Source of the DNA: Bacteroidota bacterium
GTDB taxonomy: Bacteria; Bacteroidota; Bacteroidia; J057
Direction of reading: 5' to 3'
Assembly (NCBI GenBank): GCA_039029315.1
Contig: JBCCGK010000023.1
Location: 56,670-120,669 of the forward strand
Length of the DNA: 64,000 bases
The first letter of the stretch is position 1. Each line of letters opens with the position of its first letter. Of this stretch, positions 9,278 to 18,895 are shown piece by piece. The position numbers were made by a program, and so were the translations under genes. The notes beneath the pieces are model-generated. The model was not told the origin of the DNA, ran no database searches, and worked only from the letters and a program-made list of their open reading frames with translations.

Positions 9278-12022
9278 ATGGTCCTCAAGAACTTGCTCTT
9301 TCCCATCTTCCTTTTTGTGCTGATAAGCCTGGTATCTTGCTCTACACAAGGACCACAATACCCTTATATTATTGGGTTTTCTCAATGCTGTGATGATGCC
9401 TGGCGGGATGTCATGAATGAAGAAATGGCTCGGGAACTGACTTTCCATTCTGATATTCAATTCATCACCAAAAGCGCCCAGAGCAGCAGTTCATTACAGA
9501 TCAAGCAAATCAAAGAATTGATTGATTCAGGGATTCACTTATTGATTGTTGCCCCCAACGAATCCCAACCACTCACTCCGATCATCGAGGAGGTGTATCA
9601 GGCGGGCATACCTGTGATCTTGATTGATCGCAAGACAGAATCAGCAGAATATTCTGCCTATATCGGTGCTGACAACTATGAAATTGGTCAAACGGCAGCC
9701 AAATATATTTCCAGCAGATTCAAGGATGGGGGGAAAATTCTTGAACTTCAGATGGCCATGAAGATCTCTCCTGCAGCTGAGAGGCATCAAGGATTCGTCG
9801 ATGAAATCAAACAGTATCCACATTTCTCAATCATCAAGTCTGTCGAGATGAATTTGAACTTAAGCTCAGATGTGAGAGATTCTGTCAAATCACTCCTCAG
9901 TAGCCTAGGTCCAGTCGATATCATATTCGGGCATACGGATTTGTTGGCTGAAAACGCTTTCTCAGCTGCTTCAGAGTTAGAATTGGAAGAGGAGCTTTTT
10001 TTTGTTGGGGTGGATGGGTATCCCAGTACAGGAGGCGGGATTGAATCTGTGGAGAAAGGGGTTCTGGATGCTTCCTTGTTGTATCCGACTGGCGGAGGGG
10101 AAGCCATCCGTCTGGCCATGACGATTCTGAAGTATATGCCCTATGACCGAATCAATCGACTTCAGACAACAGTCATTGACTCCACCAATGCCAGCATCCT
10201 CCACTCTCAACTGTCCAAGGTTCATTTGCTTCAAAAAAGCATCAATCAGCAAATCCATCGAAATCAGGAATTACAGGGCATTTATCAGAATCAACGACTG
10301 TTCATTTTCTTTCTGTTGTCCAGTCTGATGCTTGCCATGATCCTGGGCGGTTTTCTGTGGTATTCCCTTCGTGCCAAACAAGTGATTAATCTGGACCTTC
10401 AGCTCAAAAACAGGGAAGTCCTTGCCCAAAAAACCCAAATAGAGGAAATTTCTGAGGAAGTCCGCAAAGCTACGCAGGTTAAGGTGGAGTTTTTTACCAA
10501 CATCTCCCATGAATTTCGCACGCCCTTGACCTTGATTTTGGGTTTTGCGGAGAATCTCTTGCCTTCCCTGAAGTTCAATGACCAAACCCAACTGAACATC
10601 AAACTCATTCGCCAAAATGCCGTACGTCTGCTCCGTCTGGTAAATCAGCTGATGGACTTTAGAAAGATTGAAAGCGAAAAAATGATCATTCGAGCGAGTG
10701 AACAGGATATTCTGGAATTTATTCAGAATATCATGAAGTCTTATTTCCCCACGGCAAGAAATAGAGACATTGATTTTCAGCTCATCAGTCGCCACAAACG
10801 CCTACCGGTTTGGTTTGATGTGAACATGCTGGACAAGGTGTTGTTCAACCTCCTCTCCAATGCGTTCAAGTTTACGCCTGATCATGGCAAAATCCACCTA
10901 TATGTACGTGCGGACAAACTGGAAAACATCGTCAAGATCAAGGTAGAAGATAGCGGTCCTGGTATGAGACCGGAAGTGCTGAATCACATTTTCGAAGCGT
11001 TCTATCAGGGGGATGGCACAACCAAAATGAGCACAGGCCTGGGACTGCCTCTCTCCAAGGCTTTGGTACAGTTACATCAAGGCGATCTGATCGCTCAGAG
11101 TATTCCGGGCAAGGGAAGTCGGTTCTCTCTGAGCTTGCCATTGGGTAGACATCACCTCAAAGATGAGGAGATTTTGCCTTTCGAACCAGTAGGGTTTTTG
11201 AATCCAGGGGAATACCTGGACCTGGAAGAAGAGGTATTGATTCCGGTTAAGGAGCAGCAGCAGAATCAGGAATACTCCATTCTCATTATTGAAGATCACT
11301 CAGACATCCAGTTTTTTCTCAAACAACAACTGGAGCATGAATACAACATTATCTCCTCATCACATGGTGTCCATGGTCTCGAAACAGCGATTGAGCTGGG
11401 ACCAGATCTGATCATCTGTGATGTTATGCTCCCTGGTCAGGATGGCTTATCGATCACAAAGACACTCAAATCCGATCTTAGAACCTCCCATATACCCATC
11501 ATTTTGTTGACCTCCCAAAGTACTGTCGAGCAACAAATAGAAGGCACCAAGGCTGGAGCTGACGCTTATATTCCCAAACCCTTCAATGCTTCTTTGCTTA
11601 AGGAGAAAATCAAAAATCTGCTTCACAATCGACAAATCCTCAGAGAAAGTTATGGCAGTGTCCTGATGGGGATACAGCCCCATCCCTCTTATTCTCTGGA
11701 CCAACAGTTTCTCCACGCCTTTGTCCTCTTTGTCAACCAGAATTTTCATAGAGAGGATTTTCAGGTGGCAGATTTGAGCAAAGAATTTGGGCTCTCACGA
11801 TCCCAACTGTACCGGAAGGTCAAGGCATTGCTTGGACAGAGCATCAGCGACTACATCCAACAAATCCGGCTTCAGAAAGCCGAAGAACTTCTCAAAGAAG
11901 AGGAATTGTCTATTTCGGACATTGCGTACAAGGTCGGTTATAGTTCTCCAGAGTATTTTTCAACTGTGTTTAAGACCAAATATGATATCAGTCCGACCAA
12001 GTATCGGAAGGACTGGAGCTAA
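9278..12022 (+). CDS. Hybrid two-component system sensor kinase/response regulator with periplasmic sugar-binding (PBP type 1) sensor domain and AraC-type HTH (BT1754-like)
   Basis: Signal/TM MVLKNLLFPIFLFVLISLVSC. Periplasmic LacI/ribose-binding-like domain (IIGFSQCCDD...LLIVAPNE...GIPVILIDR...YIGADNYEIG). TM segment (LFIFFLLSSLMLAMILGGFLWY). HisKA box (FFTNISHEFRTPL). HATPase (GLGLPLSK). REC (ILIIEDHSD...DLIICDVMLPGQDG). AraC HTH (LSRSQLYRKVK...). The ORF track starts at 9227; the start at 9278 is preferred. Confidence 0.85.
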   Translation: MVLKNLLFPIFLFVLISLVSCSTQGPQYPYIIGFSQCCDDAWRDVMNEEMARELTFHSDIQFITKSAQSSSSLQIKQIKELIDSGIHLLIVAPNESQPLTPIIEEVYQAGIPVILIDRKTESAEYSAYIGADNYEIGQTAAKYISSRFKDGGKILELQMAMKISPAAERHQGFVDEIKQYPHFSIIKSVEMNLNLSSDVRDSVKSLLSSLGPVDIIFGHTDLLAENAFSAASELELEEELFFVGVDGYPSTGGGIESVEKGVLDASLLYPTGGGEAIRLAMTILKYMPYDRINRLQTTVIDSTNASILHSQLSKVHLLQKSINQQIHRNQELQGIYQNQRLFIFFLLSSLMLAMILGGFLWYSLRAKQVINLDLQLKNREVLAQKTQIEEISEEVRKATQVKVEFFTNISHEFRTPLTLILGFAENLLPSLKFNDQTQLNIKLIRQNAVRLLRLVNQLMDFRKIESEKMIIRASEQDILEFIQNIMKSYFPTARNRDIDFQLISRHKRLPVWFDVNMLDKVLFNLLSNAFKFTPDHGKIHLYVRADKLENIVKIKVEDSGPGMRPEVLNHIFEAFYQGDGTTKMSTGLGLPLSKALVQLHQGDLIAQSIPGKGSRFSLSLPLGRHHLKDEEILPFEPVGFLNPGEYLDLEEEVLIPVKEQQQNQEYSILIIEDHSDIQFFLKQQLEHEYNIISSSHGVHGLETAIELGPDLIICDVMLPGQDGLSITKTLKSDLRTSHIPIILLTSQSTVEQQIEGTKAGADAYIPKPFNASLLKEKIKNLLHNRQILRESYGSVLMGIQPHPSYSLDQQFLHAFVLFVNQNFHREDFQVADLSKEFGLSRSQLYRKVKALLGQSISDYIQQIRLQKAEELLKEEELSISDIAYKVGYSSPEYFSTVFKTKYDISPTKYRKDWS

Positions 12023-12310
12023 AGGAGCATACATGTATGCAACAAATCTTGAGACAAATGCATCATTTTTATAGATGTCGTATAAATGAACCGAACAACA
12101 CCCCCGCACAAAAAACTCACAATCAATATTTTACACCCCAATACTCCGATTACAACAATCCTACAGGAATTAGACTATTTTTCTAAGGCTCTCCAACTAA
12201 GAAATCAGTAATTTTTGGAAATGATGGCCTCTTGCACCTAACCATTTATTCTTAGAGACTGTTTTAAAGGACATTGTTGAATATCTGACGTACATCCTTA
12301 GCTGTACTGT

Positions 12311-15019
12311 ATGAGATCGCTACTATTGCTCTTTCTTCTTACTGGATCATTCCTTTCTTGCAACACATTGGAGCAAGATCCCCTCCCTTCCCTGCGCATT
12401 GGGTTTTCTCAGTGTGACTTTGATCATCCCTGGCGAAAAAAAATGATCCAGGAGATGAAAAGAGAATTGGGATTTCATCCCGAATATCAGATCGATTTGC
12501 ACATCAAAGTCTCCTATGAGGAAAGTCCCAAACAGATAGAGGATGTCAAAGCACTCATGAAAGAGGATCTCGATCTGTTGATTATTTCTCCCAATGAAGC
12601 TGCCCCCCTGACTCCAATCGTGGAAGAAGCCTACGATCAGGGAATCCCTGTCATCATTATTGACAGAAAAATCAGCTCGGAGAAATATACCGCATATATA
12701 GGTGGGGACAATTATACCATTGGGAAGCAAGCAGGAGAATTTGCTGCACAATTGCTTCATGGACAAGGGAACATTGTAAATATCACAGGCTTGATGAGTT
12801 CTTCTCCTGCTGAGGAAAGAAGTCAAGGGTTTGTAGAAATTATCGACTCTCATCCAGACATCCATATCATCGAAACGATCGATGGCTTATGGAGTCAAAC
12901 AAAGGCCATGCAGGAGTTGGAGCAAGTCATTCAGCGGCGCAACGATATTGATTTGATCTATGCGGCCAACGATATCATGGCGCTCGGTGCCTACGAAACA
13001 TCCCAATCCCATGATCTCCATCCCCATATCATTGGGGTAGATGGTCTCAATACACCTAGCGGAGGAATTGATCTGGTGTTGGAAGGAAAAATCGAGGGCA
13101 CATTTCTCTACCCCACGGGAGGCGGAAAGGCTATACAGTTGGCCCTGGACATTCTCGAAGGAAAAGACTTCCAGCGAATCAACAACCTGTCTACCATTCG
13201 CATTGACCAGACCAATGCACGAACCATGAAGCTTCAAACCAATCAAATCGAAAAACAGCAAGCCAGGGTTGACTTCCAGAAAAAGCAATTGGGCGAACTG
13301 GCTTTTTTACTCAAAAAACAACAGACATTTCTCTTTCTGGGTGTGATTATCTGCTGTATGCTGATCGCCATTATCGGGCTTACGTTCTATCATCTATATA
13401 AAAAGAGTAAAGCGCATGAAATCCTGAACATCAAGAATCAAACCATTGGGAAACAAACGCGCTTGATCACAAATCAGCGGGATAAGCTTTTGCGATTTGT
13501 GCGAATGGATGAAGAAGATGCTGAAATAAAAACACGTTTTTTCAACAATATTTCGCATGAATTTCGCCAAGCACTGAGCTTGATTGTGCATCCGATCAAC
13601 AGACTGGTGGAAACAGAACGCTCCCCGGAATTTTCGAGTATCCTTCGTGCGATCCAGCAAAATCTGTGTGTTCTTGCCCGACTCTCCGAGGAGGTATTAG
13701 ATTTTGAAAAAGTTGGGAGACATCACTATCAGTTGATGTTCAAGGAAGTTGATCTCGCCACGCTTATTCAGACAGTGATTCACTCTTATCTTCCCAGGAT
13801 AGAAAATGAGAAATTAACCTTTACTTCCAGCATACCCAAAACTCTCCCGGCATATGTAGATCCTTCTGTCATAGAGAAGGTCTTGAGCAATCTCATGTCG
13901 AATGCGATCAAGTACAACCAAGAAGGAGGGAGCATCCATATTGAGGTAAAATGTATTCACCAAACCATCACCATTGCTGTTTCAGACACTGGCATCGGAA
14001 TTGCCGAAAAAGATTTACCCAATATTTTTCATCGATATTATCGAGCAGGCCATCTACACAATGATATAGAAGGGTATGGTCTTGGACTGGCCATTTGCTA
14101 CAAATTAATCCAGCTTCATCGAGGTCACATAAAGGCATACAGCACCCTAGGAGAAGGATCTACCTTCTATTTCACTATCCCTCAACACAAATCCAGATCG
14201 GTTCCGGCTTCTCTACAAGTGTTAGAGGGGTCTCTTCCTACGCCCTCCACTTCTTTTTCTAAAGCCAAGATTCTGGTGGTTGAGGACAATCCAGAAATTC
14301 GCACCATAATATCTGATTGTGTTGGGAGGTTTTTTGAAGTTGTGCAAGCTCAGAATGGGCAAGAAGGCCTGGAGTTGATCAACAAGGACATGCCAGATCT
14401 TGTAGTAAGCGATATTTACATGCCAGGAATCGATGGAATCGAATTGTGTCAACAATTGAAAAGCAATCCATTGACTTTTCATATTCCCGTAATTTTGTTG
14501 ACAGCAGTGGATTCTGAGGATTCCAAAATTCAGGGATTCGAAATTGGAGCTGATAGTTATGTAACCAAACCCTTCAATGAGCGTGTCCTTCTCTCTCAAA
14601 TTCAAAACCTCATTCTTTCACGGCAGCAACTCAAGGAATCATTTCAGGGGATGTTCAACATGAAGGGGATAGTCTCCAAAAAGGAAGGGAAAGATGCCTT
14701 CGTAGAAGAGTGTTTGAAAATCATTCACGAAAATGGCTCTAATGAAACATTTAACCTGGATCAACTGGCCTCTCATATGAATTTGTCACGCTCTTCTCTC
14801 TACAGAAAAATCAAAGAGTATACCGGGATCAAGCCGGTGGAATTCATGCGAAAAGGAAAATTGAATTTCGCTGCCAAATTGCTCCTCACCACAGATATGA
14901 CTGTCAGTGAAGTAGCTTTCGAATCAGGCTATAATGACACCAAGTATTTCAGCAGATGTTTTCGACAGGAATATGGAAATGTACCAAGTCGATTCAAACA
15001 ATTGGCCAATTCAAACTGA
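12311..15019 (+). CDS. Second hybrid two-component system with PBP-type periplasmic sensor domain (paralog of 9278..12022)
   Basis: Same domain order: PBP (IGFSQCDFDHPW...LLIISPNE...GIPVIIIDRK...YIGGDNYTIG), TM, HisKA (FFNNISHEFRQAL), HATPase (GYGLGLAICYK), REC (ILVVEDNPE...DLVVSDIYMPGIDG) and AraC HTH. About 40% identical to the upstream paralog by eye. Confidence 0.85.
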   Translation: MRSLLLLFLLTGSFLSCNTLEQDPLPSLRIGFSQCDFDHPWRKKMIQEMKRELGFHPEYQIDLHIKVSYEESPKQIEDVKALMKEDLDLLIISPNEAAPLTPIVEEAYDQGIPVIIIDRKISSEKYTAYIGGDNYTIGKQAGEFAAQLLHGQGNIVNITGLMSSSPAEERSQGFVEIIDSHPDIHIIETIDGLWSQTKAMQELEQVIQRRNDIDLIYAANDIMALGAYETSQSHDLHPHIIGVDGLNTPSGGIDLVLEGKIEGTFLYPTGGGKAIQLALDILEGKDFQRINNLSTIRIDQTNARTMKLQTNQIEKQQARVDFQKKQLGELAFLLKKQQTFLFLGVIICCMLIAIIGLTFYHLYKKSKAHEILNIKNQTIGKQTRLITNQRDKLLRFVRMDEEDAEIKTRFFNNISHEFRQALSLIVHPINRLVETERSPEFSSILRAIQQNLCVLARLSEEVLDFEKVGRHHYQLMFKEVDLATLIQTVIHSYLPRIENEKLTFTSSIPKTLPAYVDPSVIEKVLSNLMSNAIKYNQEGGSIHIEVKCIHQTITIAVSDTGIGIAEKDLPNIFHRYYRAGHLHNDIEGYGLGLAICYKLIQLHRGHIKAYSTLGEGSTFYFTIPQHKSRSVPASLQVLEGSLPTPSTSFSKAKILVVEDNPEIRTIISDCVGRFFEVVQAQNGQEGLELINKDMPDLVVSDIYMPGIDGIELCQQLKSNPLTFHIPVILLTAVDSEDSKIQGFEIGADSYVTKPFNERVLLSQIQNLILSRQQLKESFQGMFNMKGIVSKKEGKDAFVEECLKIIHENGSNETFNLDQLASHMNLSRSSLYRKIKEYTGIKPVEFMRKGKLNFAAKLLLTTDMTVSEVAFESGYNDTKYFSRCFRQEYGNVPSRFKQLANSN

Positions 15020-15107
15020 TCCAAGTTTCCATCTGCCCAGGACAAAGAAGCATCATAAAGTCAACATGTAAGAGATCCAATCGACAATGTAGATATTCAA
15101 CAGCCTA

Positions 15108-15259
15108 CTAGTGGTTCAAGACTTAAGTCCTTGACAATCCAAGTCTGGTCCTTTTGCACTCCACCTGCCTTATTTTTCGCTATCTTCCTCAAAAATGCGT
15201 TGGCGGAGTACAAAAGCTCTACGACTTAATGATCAGAAACTTAAGTCTTGAACCACTAG
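15108..15259. repeat. 152-bp MITE-like element with 21-bp terminal inverted repeats, between convergent genes
   Basis: ctagtggttcaagacttaagt (15108-15128) matches the reverse complement of 15239-15259 at 21 of 22 positions. The arms are separated by about 110 bp of non-coding sequence. Confidence 0.5.
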
Positions 15260-15345
15260 CTGAAAAGACCCTCACATAAAACAGGTGAAATATTGTTGAC
15301 AAGGATCTATGGTCTATAAATAATCCCTGAATTCGACACTTACTT

Positions 15346-16212
15346 TTACCTTCTTCCTTGTCCTGTACTGCCAAAAATGTCCATTTGCTTACCGACAACT
15401 TCTCCGACAGCCTGATGCGCCTGCTTCATCATGATGACATAATCATCATACACTTTGCCGGCATTGTTGAGATAGCTTGTCATTGATTGTAGGGCTGCCT
15501 GAGACATGCCTGTATAGAAATTGATTTTGGCAATTCCCAGGCTGATGGCTCGCCGGAAATCTTCTGGAGAGATTCCACTTCCTCCATGCAACACCAAAGG
15601 TATCCCAGTAATATCCCTTAATTGTTTCAAGCGTTCAAAATCCAAATCTGGTTCTCCCTTGTACTTTCCATGAGAATTTCCAAATGCAATCGCGAGGAAG
15701 TCCACCTTCGTTTCCTCTACAAATATTCTGGCTTGCTCCACATTGGTATATTTGCTTGGATCTGCCTCTCCCTCCAAGTCTCCCCCTTCTGATCCACCTA
15801 CTGCTCCCAACTCTGCCTCTACACTGATCCCCAATGGATGACAGATTTCCACGACTTGTCTGGTTTGGCGAATATTTTCTTCGAATTCCAATTGAGATCC
15901 GTCAAACATAATGTTCGTAAAGCCATTGTCAATGGCTCGCTCTATGCCTTTCATGGTCAAGCCATGATCCAAATTCAGAACAATGTCGAGAGAAGTTCTG
16001 GCAGCCAGGGCTTGAATAGCAGGCACAATGTTTTCTGGGGTAACATATGGGTAGTGCGCTTCCGCAATACTCAGGATCACGGGCGAATTTTTTGCCATAG
16101 CAGTCCCTACAATGGCTTCTAGGAAATGGAGATTCACAACATTGAAGGAGCCGACCGCATAGTGCTTGTGATAGGCGCGCTCCAGGACTTGTTTCATGCT
16201 TACTAATGGCAT
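15346..16212 (-). CDS. Class II ketose-bisphosphate aldolase (fructose-/tagatose-1,6-bisphosphate aldolase family)
   Basis: 288 aa with N-terminal MPLVSMKQVLERAYHKHYAVGSFNVVNLHFLEAIV...AKNSPVILSI. Metal-binding His-rich segments (LNLDHG, VLHGGSG) are typical of class II aldolases of GatY/KbaY/FbaA size. Confidence 0.8.
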   Translation of the reverse strand: MPLVSMKQVLERAYHKHYAVGSFNVVNLHFLEAIVGTAMAKNSPVILSIAEAHYPYVTPENIVPAIQALAARTSLDIVLNLDHGLTMKGIERAIDNGFTNIMFDGSQLEFEENIRQTRQVVEICHPLGISVEAELGAVGGSEGGDLEGEADPSKYTNVEQARIFVEETKVDFLAIAFGNSHGKYKGEPDLDFERLKQLRDITGIPLVLHGGSGISPEDFRRAISLGIAKINFYTGMSQAALQSMTSYLNNAGKVYDDYVIMMKQAHQAVGEVVGKQMDIFGSTGQGRR

Positions 16213-16238
16213 CGCACAAGGGGTTAAAAATGAAATAT

Positions 16239-17372
16239 TTAATCAAGGGAAAGATAGCTTGACATACGTGGCCAGCCATCTTCAATTCTCTGGCAGACCA
16301 CTTCCCACTGTGGCACGCCACTACTTGCATCCGCTTGTTCAACACTGAAGCCCCCTACAGCTGTCGCCATGATCATGACCTCCTCTGGGGACATCCCTTT
16401 GTTCATGGCTGCCAGAAAGCCTGCGATGGTACAATCTCCGGCCCCAGTTGTCCCAGCTACATTCGCTTGAAAACAAGGAGACATTAAACGTTGGTTGGTC
16501 CAGCGGTCGATGTGAGCAGGTCTTCCCTTTCCCATCTGTGACAATCGCTCAGGATCATCCGTAGTTTGCATAAATAATCCCTGATCTCCCAACTTCAATA
16601 CAACTATGCCTGCCCCCATTTCCAGCAGCTCCTGACTGAGAGACAGCAACAATTCTTTGGAAATGATGACTGTCCCTTGTTTGTCCATCTGCTCAAACAA
16701 CGGGCGATCCATCATCAAGAGAATCTCATCATAACTGGGAAGAAAGATATCGACATGCGGAAGTACCGTTTTCATCCATGCTCTCCAGTCAGTCATTCCA
16801 GCCTCAGAACTAACATCTGGATAGGACATATCCAGGGAGGTTGTCAAGCCCACTTGCTTGATTTCTGACAGGAGTTGGGCCAAGCCCTCTCCCCCATCAG
16901 CATAGATCATCTGCATCTCGGATGGATAGCCAAAATGAAAATACCGGGCACCTTCCAAAGTCTCAGGAGAGATATCTGTTGCCCGAAAGGTATCGTTTGC
17001 GCCAGGATTGTACAGAAAACTCCGATCCATTCCAGGAGGACTGATCACAATGGAATAAGAGGTACTGTCCTCTTTCGACACGATCATTTTTTCTGTAAGA
17101 TCTGATCCATGTTTTTGCAGGATGTCCAGGATGGTTTCCCCAAAATGATCTTGTCCGATTTTACCAATAAGGCGGGTCGATATTCCCAATTGATGCAAAG
17201 CCAATCCAGTATTCGCCACAGCTCCACCAGTACTAATAATCGCAGCCCCGACATTGACCGCCTTTCCAGGCCTGACCAATTGACTCAAATCTCCTTTGTA
17301 CCCATCGAAAGGCAGGATGATGTCCAAACAAATCAGTCCAGCGACAACAATATCAGGAGAGGGATCAGTCAT
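16239..17372 (-). CDS. PfkB-family (ribokinase-like) carbohydrate kinase
   Basis: 377 aa with N-terminal GG-containing sugar-binding region (VVAGLICLDII). C-terminal PfkB signature 2 TTGAGDCTIAGFLAAM. There is a 6-bp gap to the upstream gene and a 26-bp gap to the downstream aldolase. Confidence 0.8.
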   Translation of the reverse strand: MTDPSPDIVVAGLICLDIILPFDGYKGDLSQLVRPGKAVNVGAAIISTGGAVANTGLALHQLGISTRLIGKIGQDHFGETILDILQKHGSDLTEKMIVSKEDSTSYSIVISPPGMDRSFLYNPGANDTFRATDISPETLEGARYFHFGYPSEMQMIYADGGEGLAQLLSEIKQVGLTTSLDMSYPDVSSEAGMTDWRAWMKTVLPHVDIFLPSYDEILLMMDRPLFEQMDKQGTVIISKELLLSLSQELLEMGAGIVVLKLGDQGLFMQTTDDPERLSQMGKGRPAHIDRWTNQRLMSPCFQANVAGTTGAGDCTIAGFLAAMNKGMSPEEVMIMATAVGGFSVEQADASSGVPQWEVVCQRIEDGWPRMSSYLSLD

Positions 17373-17378
17373 GTTTTT

Positions 17379-18812
17379 TTAGGTCAGAATATCATGAATG
17401 ACATGGCCATGTACATCTGTCAACCGAATGTCCCGACCTCCAAATCGGAAGGTCTGTCGAATGTGGTCGATCCCCAGCAAGTGTAGCATTGTCGCATGCA
17501 TATCGTGAATGCTCGTCCGATTTTCAACTGCCCGGTAACCATAATCATCCGTCTTGCCATAGACAGTGCCACCTTTGATGCCGGCACCGGCAAACCACAT
17601 GCTATAAGCTTGTGGATTGTGATCTCGTCCAATGGGCTCACGCATTTCTGCAAAAGGAGTTCGGCCAAACTCACCTGAAAAAATGATCAATGTTTGATCC
17701 AGTAAGCCCCGCGCTTTCAAGTCTTTGATCAGGCCAGCAATAGGTTGGTCGACAGCGTGCGCATTTTCCTCATGGCCTTGTTTCAGATTGCGATGCTGAT
17801 CCCAGCGGTCGTGACCGACGTTCGGACAGGTCAACTCAATGAATCGGACTCCACGTTCCACCAATCGTCTTGCCAGAAGACATTGAGCAGCGTAGCCTCT
17901 GCAATGATGATCTGGAGAATCCAGACCGTACAGCTTTTTGGTTGCTTCTGATTCCCCGGATAGATCCGCCAATTCAGGCACTGCAGATTGCATCCGATAG
18001 GCCAGTTCATAGTTGGAAATGGCAGATTCGATCTGATCGGCATGTCCCAGCTTGTTCAGCAAGGTCTTATCCATCCGGTCCATGAATTGCAACTTCTCCA
18101 ACTGTAGGGATTCCTTGACCTCTCGCGGGGAGATATTGGCCAGGGGTGTATCTCCTGCCCGTAAGACGGAAGCCTGAAATGTAGCAGGTAAAAAGCCATT
18201 TTTGAAATTGTCCAGGCCTCCAGGAGGTGTCAAGCCTCCATCCAGGACAACATAAGAAGGTAGATTGTCCGATTCGCTTCCCAGGCCATAGGTAACCCAG
18301 GCCCCCATGCTGGGTCTTCCTTGTATGCCGATTCCTGTATGCAAGAAATAATTGGCATTGGTATGCTCCGGGAATTCCGAATACATAGAATTGATCATGG
18401 CTATGTCATCCACGCAAGTTGCTATGTGCGGGAATAGCTCACTCATCCACATCCCTGATTCTCCATGCTGTTTGAATTCCCAGGGGCTTCTCAGCAGCTT
18501 GCCAATGCTGTTGAATTGGGTTGCGTCGACCTTGAACAAATCATAAGGACTTTTGCCATTGTCCTTGATCAGACGTGGTTTGGGGTCAAAGGAATCTACT
18601 TGTGAGATTCCTCCATCCATATAAAGGAAGATGACACTTTTGGCCTTGGGGGCAAAATGGGGAAACTTTCCACCCTCTTTTCCTACACCACTGGAAGAAT
18701 TTGCCAACAACTGATTGACAAAGGGATTTTGCATCAATCCCAACAACGCAATAGATCCAAACCCATTGCGACACAGGCTGAGCATTCGACGGCGACTGAT
18801 ATGCTTGTTCAT
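17379..18812 (-). CDS. DUF1501-family protein (sulfatase/alkaline-phosphatase-like fold) with twin-arginine signal
   Basis: Start MNKHISRRRMLSLCRNGFGSIALLGL (an RR TAT-type signal) chosen at 18812; the ORF track extends to 18953. Conserved DUF1501-type blocks, including a C-terminal GRDHNP segment. Follows a DUF1553 gene, as in the conserved DUF1553/DUF1501 pairs. Confidence 0.7.
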   Translation of the reverse strand: MNKHISRRRMLSLCRNGFGSIALLGLMQNPFVNQLLANSSSGVGKEGGKFPHFAPKAKSVIFLYMDGGISQVDSFDPKPRLIKDNGKSPYDLFKVDATQFNSIGKLLRSPWEFKQHGESGMWMSELFPHIATCVDDIAMINSMYSEFPEHTNANYFLHTGIGIQGRPSMGAWVTYGLGSESDNLPSYVVLDGGLTPPGGLDNFKNGFLPATFQASVLRAGDTPLANISPREVKESLQLEKLQFMDRMDKTLLNKLGHADQIESAISNYELAYRMQSAVPELADLSGESEATKKLYGLDSPDHHCRGYAAQCLLARRLVERGVRFIELTCPNVGHDRWDQHRNLKQGHEENAHAVDQPIAGLIKDLKARGLLDQTLIIFSGEFGRTPFAEMREPIGRDHNPQAYSMWFAGAGIKGGTVYGKTDDYGYRAVENRTSIHDMHATMLHLLGIDHIRQTFRFGGRDIRLTDVHGHVIHDILT

Positions 18813-18895
18813 ATGATTGACGGATGACGGTGGACGATGGAGGCTTTCAGTCAGCGACATTTCCGTTGACCGTAGACCGTCCTTCGTTAACCTTG

